Shown: positions 9,510 through 16,710 of the stretch, piece by piece
Layout of the letters: every line of letters begins with the position of its first letter
Numbering within the stretch: position 1 is the first letter of the stretch
DNA from: Desulfomicrobium sp.
GTDB lineage: Bacteria > Desulfobacterota > Desulfovibrionia > Desulfovibrionales > Desulfomicrobiaceae
Assembly (NCBI GenBank): GCA_040768745.1
Contig: JAXGMI010000002.1
Span: 640,001 to 704,000, forward strand
Direction: 5' to 3'
Length of the DNA stretch: 64,000 nt
Notes under the pieces: generated by a model
What the model was told of the DNA's origin: nothing
The model's database searches: none
The model's input: only the letters and a program-made list of their open reading frames with translations
Made by a program: the position numbers and the translations under genes

Positions 9510-10329
9510 TTAACCAAAAACGTGTCAAAAAACCGTAGACCGATACATTTCGGGGAATTTGTTAAACCAAGCAAGATTGAGATCGATGTCGATGGCGTCG
9601 ACGGTCTTCTGCTGCAGAGCGGTATAGACCTCACCCCAGGCAACAGGTGTGGGGTTCATTCCGAGTGACTTGAGAATCTCGATATGCGCCTTGGAGTGGG
9701 TAGCTCGGATTTTCAGGCCTTTGGCATCCTCAAGGCTACGAATTGGCCGGCTGGAAAATATCTGCCGAAAGCCGATTTCAATATAGCCAAGACCCAGAAT
9801 GCCATTTTTTTCCAGGGACTCCGCCAATCGCGTACCGATGGGACCATCGGTGATCAGGTCCGAAGCCGCGTAGCTCGGAACAATAAAAGGCATGTCCAGA
9901 AACATCATTTGCGGGTTGAAGACCGACAGGTTATTGGTAGCGTCCGAGCCCATTTGCAGCATGTTCATCTGCAGCCCCTGAACCACCGCATCGAAATTGC
10001 CATATTTCGAGCTATCGTAGACATCTACTTTAAAGACCCCCCCGGATCTCTCCTCCAAATCCTTTTTAAAAAGCTCATAACCCTCCCCCATGGGGTGTTG
10101 GGGGACGTTCGGATGTGCAAGCTTGATGGTTTTCTGGTTGGCTGCATTGCCGTCGGCAAGGGCCCCCCCACCTACCATCATGATCAGTGCCGCCAGAATA
10201 ACTCCTAATTTCTTTGCCAATTTCATGCGCTGCTCCTCCTTAGGGTTGATAATACCGAGGTCCTCTGACTGATTTTTTGTGAGAAGATCACCTCCACATG
10301 CCCATCCTGAAGAGACGGAAAATACACGT

Positions 10330-11112
10330 TCATGATTCATTCATGGTCACAATTCCTGAAATATCGTTAGCAAGTTTGATCACCTGCCCTGCGTAGGTAT
10401 TTATGACTGATTCGACGGTATATCCATCCGCCGGCAGATCGAAGCTGATTGCCCCGGCAACCTTGTTCGTCCGGTAATTGATCAGCGGGGCGCCGATACA
10501 GATCAATCCCTGCACATATTCCTGATTATTTATTGAATACCCCTGATTGCGAATCTCTTCGATCTCCCGGAGAAGAACATCAGCCCTGTCAATGGTATTG
10601 GGGGTGAGCTTTTGTAATGGAGTCGTGGCCAGAAAGCTTTCAAGATCGCTCTGATCCATTCGGGACAGGACTGCCTTGCCAGTGGCACGAGCATGAAGAT
10701 CTTTACATGCGAGAGGTTGTCGAAAGAAGAGGGTTGAAGTCGCCTCACGTCGATAGAGTGCCAGCAGGGTTAGGCCATCGACGAGGATCGAATCTATGGT
10801 GACATTGCACAGACGGTGTGCTTCATCGATCAGCGGTTTGATCATGTGAAGCAATTCATAACCTTGAACAATAGTATGACCCAAGAGGAGAGCCTTCGGG
10901 CCGAGCCGCAAAGTTTTACTTTGCGGGTTTTTGTCCAAAAGCCCTAAAAGAACGAGGGTGTTGACCAGACGGTACGTAGAGGTTTTGTTGATCCCCAACA
11001 GTCGAGATATCTCTGATAGGGTCCAGCGACTGTGGTCCTTGTCGAAGAGATTAAGAATTGAAAGCCCCTTCTCCAGGGTTGTCGAAAAATAACCATCGGG
11101 ATCTGATGCCAT
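10330..11112 (-). CDS. IclR family transcriptional regulator
   Basis: TLEKGLSILNLF...LSEISRLLGINKTSTYRLVNTL HTH; LHARATGKAVLS and GYSINNQEYVQGLICIGAP effector domain. Confidence 0.92.
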   Translation of the reverse strand: MASDPDGYFSTTLEKGLSILNLFDKDHSRWTLSEISRLLGINKTSTYRLVNTLVLLGLLDKNPQSKTLRLGPKALLLGHTIVQGYELLHMIKPLIDEAHRLCNVTIDSILVDGLTLLALYRREATSTLFFRQPLACKDLHARATGKAVLSRMDQSDLESFLATTPLQKLTPNTIDRADVLLREIEEIRNQGYSINNQEYVQGLICIGAPLINYRTNKVAGAISFDLPADGYTVESVINTYAGQVIKLANDISGIVTMNES

Positions 11113-11275
11113 ATCGTTACTCCGTTACGATAATAGTAATAAATTTACTTTATTTGAAGTATATGGTATTTTTTTAGTAAGTCAATTACTTTTATTAAGC
11201 CAAAAGAAGATTCAATTGATACTGCAGATTTTCTTTGGTTTCAGATGGATATCACGGTATGTTTTCGGCGGATGC

Positions 11276-11307
11276 GAAAGCGCTCAGGCATCCGCATCTT
11301 CCACGGG
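11276..11307. repeat. Isolated IS66 terminal-repeat remnant
   Basis: GAAAGCGCTCAGGCATCCGCATCTTCCACGGG is near-identical to the IS66 end at 11876 and to the copy at 14961. Confidence 0.75.
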
Positions 11308-11360
11308 TGTCAAACAGTATCGAATAATGACCCCGCATCGGCGTCCAATTCTGCCCCCCT
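11308..11360. mobile_element. IS21-family-like terminal remnant
   Basis: TGTCAAACAGTATCGAATAATGACCCCGCATCGGCGTCCAATTCTGCCCCCCT: TG terminus plus two tandem subterminal repeats, as in IS21 ends. No transposase follows. Confidence 0.55.
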
Positions 11361-11430
11361 CCGGGCGTGTCTGTAAGCATCCGGCCAAAGGCTGTGCGGA
11401 GGCCGCATCACCGCTACTGGCCGGACGAAC

Positions 11431-11709
11431 AGGCAGACCTCCCGGGGTAAGACACGTTAGTGTCCCTTGGGGCTCGCCGGATTTACCCCCGCCATGTCGG
11501 AATGTGTATAGGGCATCGGAATCCATTGCTCCCTTACCCCATGACGGCAGGCCTTGTATCCGGTTTCTGTTCGTCGATCCCAAGGTCTTGTCTCGGGCTT
11601 CCTTCCCACGACTCCTCGCGATGCCGCAGCTGCCTCCGACTCGTGGTTCCGCACATCACGGCCCACAGGGGACTTGCACCCCATAACTGACGCGCCATGC
11701 CCGGCGCAC
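11431..11709 (-). ncRNA. Truncated group II intron, class IIC-like (5' end/domain I only, no RT ORF)
   Basis: Minus strand begins GTGCGCCGGGCATGGCGCG...GGGGTGCAAGTCCCCTG and runs to TCTTACCCCGGGAGGTCTGCC. It starts 7 nt after the end of a terminator-like stem. Confidence 0.8.
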
Positions 11710-11713
11710 AATC

Positions 11714-11748
11714 AAAGACTTGCTGCATAAATTGCGGCAAGTCCTTTT
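11714..11748 (-). terminator. Terminator-like hairpin immediately 5' of the intron
   Basis: Minus strand AAAAAGGACTTGCCGCA-ATTTA-TGCAGCAAGTCTTT-GATT then GTGCG. Confidence 0.6.
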
Positions 11749-11938
11749 TCTTTTGAAAATCAGAAAAGGCTTTTTGTCCCCCACCTGTCCCCCAAAGACA
11801 GGTTTCACGGCCCTTTTTTACCCCTATCGTCCGGACAATCGCGGCGTTTTTTGCGGCCAGATCCACGCCACCACCGTAAGCGCTCAGACATCCGCATTTT
11901 CCACGGGCGTCCCTGACCTGCGATAGAAGCAGGAGTCT

Positions 11939-13540
11939 TTACTTTTTGCGAGGCTTGGGCTTGGGAAGGCTTGGGAGAAGGGATTTGTCCACGTGCTGCG
12001 GCATGAGCGCCCGCATGTCTTCCGTGGTCCGTGCTGCGGGGAAGCGTTCGAAGAGGAATTTCAGGTAGGCTTGGGGCTCGATCTCGTTGGCCTTGGCGGT
12101 TTCCACCAGGGAAAAGAGCATGGCGCTGGCGTCAGCGCCCTTGGGGACTCCGGCAAAGAGCCAGTTCTTCCGGCCCAGGGCCACGGGGCGGATGGCGTTC
12201 TCGGCCGTGTTGTTGTCGGGCGTGAGCAATCCGCAGTCCACGTAGCGCACGGCCCGGCTCCACTGGTTGCGGGCGTAGGTCATGGCCTGTCCGAGCAGGC
12301 TTTTGGGCGGGACGTGGTCGATGCGCTCGTCGAGGATGGCCCGTATTGCGTTGAGGATGGGAACTGCTTGCTCCAAGCGCATTGGTACCTTTTCCTCCGG
12401 CTCCAGTTCTTTGATATTGTGCTCGACCTTGTAGAGCAGACCGATGAGATCCAGGATTTCCTTGGCCGTCCCGTGCGTGATCTTCTTTGAGGTCGCTTTC
12501 TGGACGTCCATGAACTTACGACGGATGTGGGCCATGCAACCGACATGGATGATGCCGTCCGATTCGCCGAGAGCCTGGTACCCGGAGTAGCCGTCGGTCT
12601 GGATGTAGCCCTTGTACTCGCCCAGATACTCCTTGGGGACAGAGCCCGACCTGGTCGGGTCGTAGCAATAGACCACGGTCGGCCGATCTGGATTGCCGCC
12701 ACGGAAGAGCCACAGATACGATGTGGAAGTATCGGATCGCCCTGGTTCGTTGAGTACTTGCAGTGTGGTTTCGTCCATGTTGATGACCGGGCCGGAGCGG
12801 ATTTCCGCCTGGAACAGTTCATGGAGCGGCTCCAGCGCCTTGGCCACGGCCATGGCCCATCCGGACATGGAATGACGCGGGATGTCCACGCCCAAGCGGG
12901 CAAACTGCTTGGTCTGGCGGTAGAACGGCATGGCATCGACGAACTTGGCGGTAATGACCTGGGCCAAGAGGCTCGGCGTGGCGATGCCCTTGGGGATGAT
13001 CTGCGGCGGCATGGGTGCGATACGCACCACCGGCATACCCTCCTCTCCGTCGCAGGCCGGACAGGCGTACTTCGGGCGGATATGGCGTTCTACCCGCATG
13101 ACGGCCGGGACGTAATCGAGCTTTTCGGAGACTTCTTCGCCGATGCGCTTCAGGCAGGCTCCGCAAGAGCAGAGTTTCTGGTCTTCGGGCAGATCGTGAA
13201 CGACTTCGATGCGCGGCAGGTGATCCGGCAGAGGCTTGCGTCCCCGCTTGGCTCTGGTGTGGGCCGGGACTTCGACGACGGGCATTTCCGCAGGCTTCGC
13301 CTCTGCGATCCTAACCAAGGGCAGAGGTAGGATGCCTTGGTAGAGGTCTTTGGATTTCTCGGACTTGGGAGCATACAGGGCGGCCTGCAACAGGGCCACG
13401 CGATCCTGGAGATGGCGGTTTTGCTGGTAGTAATCCCAGACCAGATGCTTGAGTTGCCCGATGTCATCGGGAAGGTTCTCGATGTCTCCCATGCAAGAAT
13501 ATTTAGCAATAATATCTTGAAATAGCAAGATATTTGTCAC
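11939..13540 (-). CDS. tnpC: IS66 transposase TnpC (true start may be 13492)
   Basis: Zn finger CSCG...YACPAC, MDETT, QTDGYSGY, CMAHIRRKF, DNNTAENAIRPVALGRKNWLF. Confidence 0.95.
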   Translation of the reverse strand: MTNILLFQDIIAKYSCMGDIENLPDDIGQLKHLVWDYYQQNRHLQDRVALLQAALYAPKSEKSKDLYQGILPLPLVRIAEAKPAEMPVVEVPAHTRAKRGRKPLPDHLPRIEVVHDLPEDQKLCSCGACLKRIGEEVSEKLDYVPAVMRVERHIRPKYACPACDGEEGMPVVRIAPMPPQIIPKGIATPSLLAQVITAKFVDAMPFYRQTKQFARLGVDIPRHSMSGWAMAVAKALEPLHELFQAEIRSGPVINMDETTLQVLNEPGRSDTSTSYLWLFRGGNPDRPTVVYCYDPTRSGSVPKEYLGEYKGYIQTDGYSGYQALGESDGIIHVGCMAHIRRKFMDVQKATSKKITHGTAKEILDLIGLLYKVEHNIKELEPEEKVPMRLEQAVPILNAIRAILDERIDHVPPKSLLGQAMTYARNQWSRAVRYVDCGLLTPDNNTAENAIRPVALGRKNWLFAGVPKGADASAMLFSLVETAKANEIEPQAYLKFLFERFPAARTTEDMRALMPQHVDKSLLPSLPKPKPRKK

Positions 13541-13890
13541 TATAGAACCGATCTGTAGTACAACCGCTGATGTGCTCCTTGCGGCGTGAGCGTGAGTCCA
13601 TCGAGGAGCCAGCCAAGCTGTTGCGGGGTGATATTCATGACCTCTGACGCCCGCTCGGGCCAGCAGAATCGATGCTTCTCCAGGCGCTTGTGCCAGAGGC
13701 AGAAGCCGTTGCGATCCCAGTACAGCACCTTGATGGCGTCGCGCCTGCGGTTGCAGAAGACAAAGAGGTGTCCGGAAAAGGGGTCCAGATCGAGAATGCC
13801 CTGGGCCGTCATGCTCAGTCTGTCGATGCCGGCGCGCATGTCCGTGGTACCGGGGGCGAGATAGACCTTGGCCGCGGGCACCCTCAGCAT
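13540..13890 (-). CDS. tnpB: IS66 accessory protein TnpB (Orf2)
   Basis: TDMRAGIDRL, DPFSGHLFVFCNRRRDAIKVLYWDRNGFCLWHKRLE. Confidence 0.95.
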   Translation of the reverse strand: MLRVPAAKVYLAPGTTDMRAGIDRLSMTAQGILDLDPFSGHLFVFCNRRRDAIKVLYWDRNGFCLWHKRLEKHRFCWPERASEVMNITPQQLGWLLDGLTLTPQGAHQRLYYRSVL

Positions 13891-14210
13891 CGGGCTTCCA
13901 GCACGGTCAGCAGCTTGGTCAGCGTGGCTTCGTCGAAGTCAGCCGGGATATCGAGAGCGTAACGCTTACCGACCAGCAGGCCAATGGACGGGGCTTTCGA
14001 GGCGAACGTAAGCGGCAACGCCACAAGAGCAGGAATTGAGGTGGATTCGCCACCAGAAGATGATCGGGACTTTGTTATCCAGTATTGGAACGTGCTCAAA
14101 GCCAAACCATTTTCGCGACAGTATCGGGTCTTGCCGAGGCCACTCTCCCGCCATTGCCGGACATGCGCCATCCAGCGTGCCGCGTGATTCTGTGCAAATT
14201 GAGATTTCAT
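13884..14210 (-). CDS. tnpA: IS66 accessory protein TnpA
   Basis: WMAHVRQWRESGLGKTRYCRENGLALSTFQYW HTH; AGGAGG RBS before MKSQF. Confidence 0.85.
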   Translation of the reverse strand: MKSQFAQNHAARWMAHVRQWRESGLGKTRYCRENGLALSTFQYWITKSRSSSGGESTSIPALVALPLTFASKAPSIGLLVGKRYALDIPADFDEATLTKLLTVLEARC

Positions 14211-14420
14211 GAAGACCTCCTTGAATTGGAGGCCCATTATCTCACATGAAAAATTTATGGATAGATGCGGACAGGTGAGCGCTTACAGATACCAAGCCTC
14301 TCCCACGTGGACTGCCGTTTTGAAGAGATGAAAGACGAAACCGTCGGGCCATCGCATCCAACCCATCAAACTGAGTGCAGCCATGTTGACCCGGACCGAG
14401 AGGTCCCTTTCAGACAGTCA

Positions 14421-14822
14421 TCAGTGGTCATGGCCGCGGCAGTCCCGCAGATCTTCCAGGCCCTGTCGCGAACTCGCGCATTCGTCCGTCCCGTCGGCGT
14501 TGCGGATCAGGCTCAGCGCCCTGTTCTCCATCGCCTCCAGCGCATAGGCCGCGGTCATTCCCGTGCCGCAGTAGCGGGTCACGGCAGCGTCGGCGAGCAC
14601 CTGGAAAGCCTCTTCGCTCAGTTTGCCGGCGATGAGCGCCTCACAGTCGTGATCGAGAATCGTTTTGGCCAGGGACACGTCAGACCCCTTCGCGGGAGTG
14701 TGCGGAATGACTGTGCAGCGCATGGTCTCCATGTGCACGATGAGGAGGAAGGGAGCCTGGGCGAATTCGCGGAAAACCATGCTCTCCAGGGCGTCCGATG
14801 CGGTTGTCACGGCTATGTTCAT
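14421..14822 (-). CDS. NifB/NifX family (FeMo-cofactor-binding-like) small protein
   Basis: MNIAVTT...VFREFAQAPFLLIV...DCEALIAGKLSEEAFQVL, with a C-terminal Cys/His tail. AAGGAG RBS. Confidence 0.7.
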   Translation of the reverse strand: MNIAVTTASDALESMVFREFAQAPFLLIVHMETMRCTVIPHTPAKGSDVSLAKTILDHDCEALIAGKLSEEAFQVLADAAVTRYCGTGMTAAYALEAMENRALSLIRNADGTDECASSRQGLEDLRDCRGHDH

Positions 14823-14858
14823 GTGCGCTCCTTCAATGTTGGCGTTTTGTCCGTGGCT

Positions 14859-14874
14859 AGCATGTATCATGCCC
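14859..14874 (-). promoter_or_regulatory. Putative sigma54 -24/-12 promoter of the NifX-like gene
   Basis: Minus strand GGGCATGATACATGCT has GG and GC at canonical spacing. Confidence 0.4.
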
Positions 14875-14960
14875 TTACTGGCATACATGTGGCAAATGTC
14901 ATCCTGCGGAGCCCGCCCCGCCCAGGTTGCCCACCAGATGTCTTTGGAAATGGCCGCAAC

Positions 14961-15221
14961 GAAAGCGCTCAGGCATCCGCATCTTCCTGGGACGTGCCTG
15001 ATGTGTGATATGAGCAGAAGTCTTACTTCTTGCGAGGCTTGGGCTTGGGAAGGCTTGGGAGAAGGGATTTGTCCACGTGCTGCGGCATGAGTACTCGCAT
15101 GTCTTCCGTGGTCCGTGCTGCGGGGAAGCGTTCGAAGAGGAATTTCAGGTAGGTCTGGGGCTCGATCTCGTTGGCCTTGGCGGTTTCCACCAGGGAGAAG
15201 AGCATGGCGCTGGCGTCAGCG
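14961..15221 (-). pseudogene. Partial second IS66 copy (tnpC 3' end plus terminal repeat)
   Basis: ADASAMLFSLVETAKANEIEPQTYLKFLFERFP...PKPKPRKK is nearly identical to the TnpC C-terminus. IR copy at 14961. Confidence 0.9.
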
Positions 15222-15638
15222 GCCGGGGCACTGCAGTGCATCGGCTTCTGATTGCCGAGTTCGGGGCATTTCATGCTTTGTTTCTTTTTGACCCGCCCGA
15301 AGCAACCCGATTGTCCCCTTTTGTCCCAGTTTCGTGACCGGACTGCCCCACCCTGGGTCAGAGCCAAACGGCATAAAGTAGCGATATAAAATAATTCTCC
15401 ATATTTTCAGCAAGATAGCAAGCTAAGGAAGCCAGTCGGCTGCAACCGTGCATGTTGGCCTTTTTTTTGCCTACCCAACAAAGATGTGTCACCAGTGACA
15501 TAATTTATCGCAGGCTCTTCGCCCCTCTGCTGTACAGGGAGCCCCGGTCGCGATGGCGCTATTGGGCCTTGAAATATGCCATGGTTGGCATAAGACATAT
15601 GTCACAATATCTAACTGGATATAAAGTCGGGATCATCA

Positions 15639-16661
15639 ATGAAAGCCATTCCCGTTGAAGAAGCCGTCGGCACCGTTCTCTGCCACGACATCACCCGCAT
15701 CATCCCAGGGGAAAGCAAGGGCCCCGCCTTCAGGCGCGGCCACATCGTCACCCCCGACGACATTCAGTCGCTGCTGGATATCGGCAAGGAGCATCTCTAC
15801 GTCTTCGATCTCAGGGACGGATACGTGCACGAGGACGAGTGCGCCCTGCGCCTGGCCCACGCCGCGGCAGGACAGGGCATCGCCATTTCTTCCCCCAGCG
15901 AGGGCAAGGCAACCCTGTCCGCAGCCCATGACGGCGTCCTGCACATCGACGTCGAAGGGCTCCTGCGCCTCAACTCCATCACCGACGTCACCTTCGGCAC
16001 CATCCACACGGGCCAGTTCGTCAAGGCCGGTCGCGCCCTTGGAGGCACCCGGGTCATCCCCCTGGCCGTGCCGGAGGAACTCCTGCGCCAGGCCGAGGAC
16101 GTCTGCCGTCAACACGCCCCGCTGATGGAGGTCAGACCCCTCAAGTCCGCGCGCGTGGGCGTCGTGACCACGGGCAGCGAAGTCTACACCGGCCGCATCA
16201 AGGATGGCTTCGGCCCGGTGCTGCGCAGAAAATTCGAACACCTGGGCTCGACGGTCATGGACCAGACCTTCGTCTCGGACCAAGTCGGCATGACGGTCTC
16301 GGCCATCCTGGATCTCGTGCATCGCGGCGCGGACTTCATCGCGGTGACCGGCGGCATGAGCGTGGATCCCGACGACCAGACCCCGGCGGCCATCCGCCTT
16401 ACGGGGGCCGAGGTCGTCTCCTACGGTGCCCCGACCTACCCCGGCGCCATGTTCATGCTTGCCTATCTGGGCGATGTGCCCATCGTCGGCCTGCCCGGAT
16501 GTGTCATGTACTACAAGGCCAGCATCTTCGATCTGGTCGTGCCCCGTCTCTTGAGCGGGGAAAGGCTGAAACGGAAGGATATCGGAGCGTTCGGCCATGG
16601 GGGCCTGTGCGAAAACTGTCCCACCTGTCACTACCCGGCCTGCGGCTTCGGCAAGCTCTAG
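15639..16661 (+). CDS. Molybdopterin-binding (MoeA/CinA-like) protein
   Basis: AVGTVLCHDITRI, VVTTGSEVYTGRIKDGFGP, TGGMSVDPDDQTP, GLPGCVMY, C-terminal GGLCENCPTCHYPACGFGK. Confidence 0.88.
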   Translation: MKAIPVEEAVGTVLCHDITRIIPGESKGPAFRRGHIVTPDDIQSLLDIGKEHLYVFDLRDGYVHEDECALRLAHAAAGQGIAISSPSEGKATLSAAHDGVLHIDVEGLLRLNSITDVTFGTIHTGQFVKAGRALGGTRVIPLAVPEELLRQAEDVCRQHAPLMEVRPLKSARVGVVTTGSEVYTGRIKDGFGPVLRRKFEHLGSTVMDQTFVSDQVGMTVSAILDLVHRGADFIAVTGGMSVDPDDQTPAAIRLTGAEVVSYGAPTYPGAMFMLAYLGDVPIVGLPGCVMYYKASIFDLVVPRLLSGERLKRKDIGAFGHGGLCENCPTCHYPACGFGKL

Positions 16662-16710
16662 ATCCCACGCGAAACCTGTTTGGAACAACACGTTATTTGG
16701 AGGAATCGGA

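Larger units (their letters stand above)
8169..9547 (+). mobile_element. IS3-like insertion sequence (orfA HTH plus orfB DDE)
   Basis: TTTC duplicated at 8165-8168 and 9548-9551. Imperfect IRs (left TCCTCTGGGATAGGGTTTTCTTGGACAC; right, reverse-complemented, TGTATCGGTCTACGGTTTTTTGACAC). Confidence 0.85.
7836..10226 (-). pseudogene. dctP: TRAP substrate-binding protein interrupted by an IS
   Basis: N-terminal part 10226-9548 (MKLAKKLG signal peptide, KGLKIRA, PTPVAWGEVYTALQQKTVDA) and C-terminal part 8164-7836 rejoin in frame as ...FPE-ITKYVTLTRSFYSPHLV..., giving 335 aa. Confidence 0.9.
11876..14286 (-). mobile_element. IS66 family element (tnpA-tnpB-tnpC)
   Basis: IRs GTAAGCGCTCAGACATCCGCAT (11876) and ATGCGGACAGGTGAGCGCTTAC (ending 14286), with three typical ORFs. 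The flanking 8-mers differ (CCACCACC vs AGATACCA). Confidence 0.92.

Noticed and set aside
11216..11926. Several 70-156 aa ORFs between iclR and IS66
   Set aside because: The region is explained by IS ends and intron RNA, and the ORFs have no protein motifs.
13540..13890. TnpB as an RNA-guided nuclease
   Set aside because: This is the 116-aa IS66 accessory TnpB, unrelated to IS605 TnpB, with no RuvC motifs. The Y1 transposase at 1020-1865 also has no tnpB partner.
14421..14822. Nitrogen fixation inferred from the NifX-like gene
   Set aside because: No other nif genes are present, and the family is widespread outside diazotrophy.
14880..14895. Plus-strand sigma54-like TGGCATACATGTGGCA
   Set aside because: It points into the IS66 remnant with no sense gene close by, and the -12 element is imperfect.
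11276..14990. Recurring GCGCTCAG(G/A)CATCCGCAT sequence as a possible CRISPR repeat
   Set aside because: The copies are irregularly spaced hundreds to thousands of bases apart and equal the IS66 terminal repeat; no cas genes.
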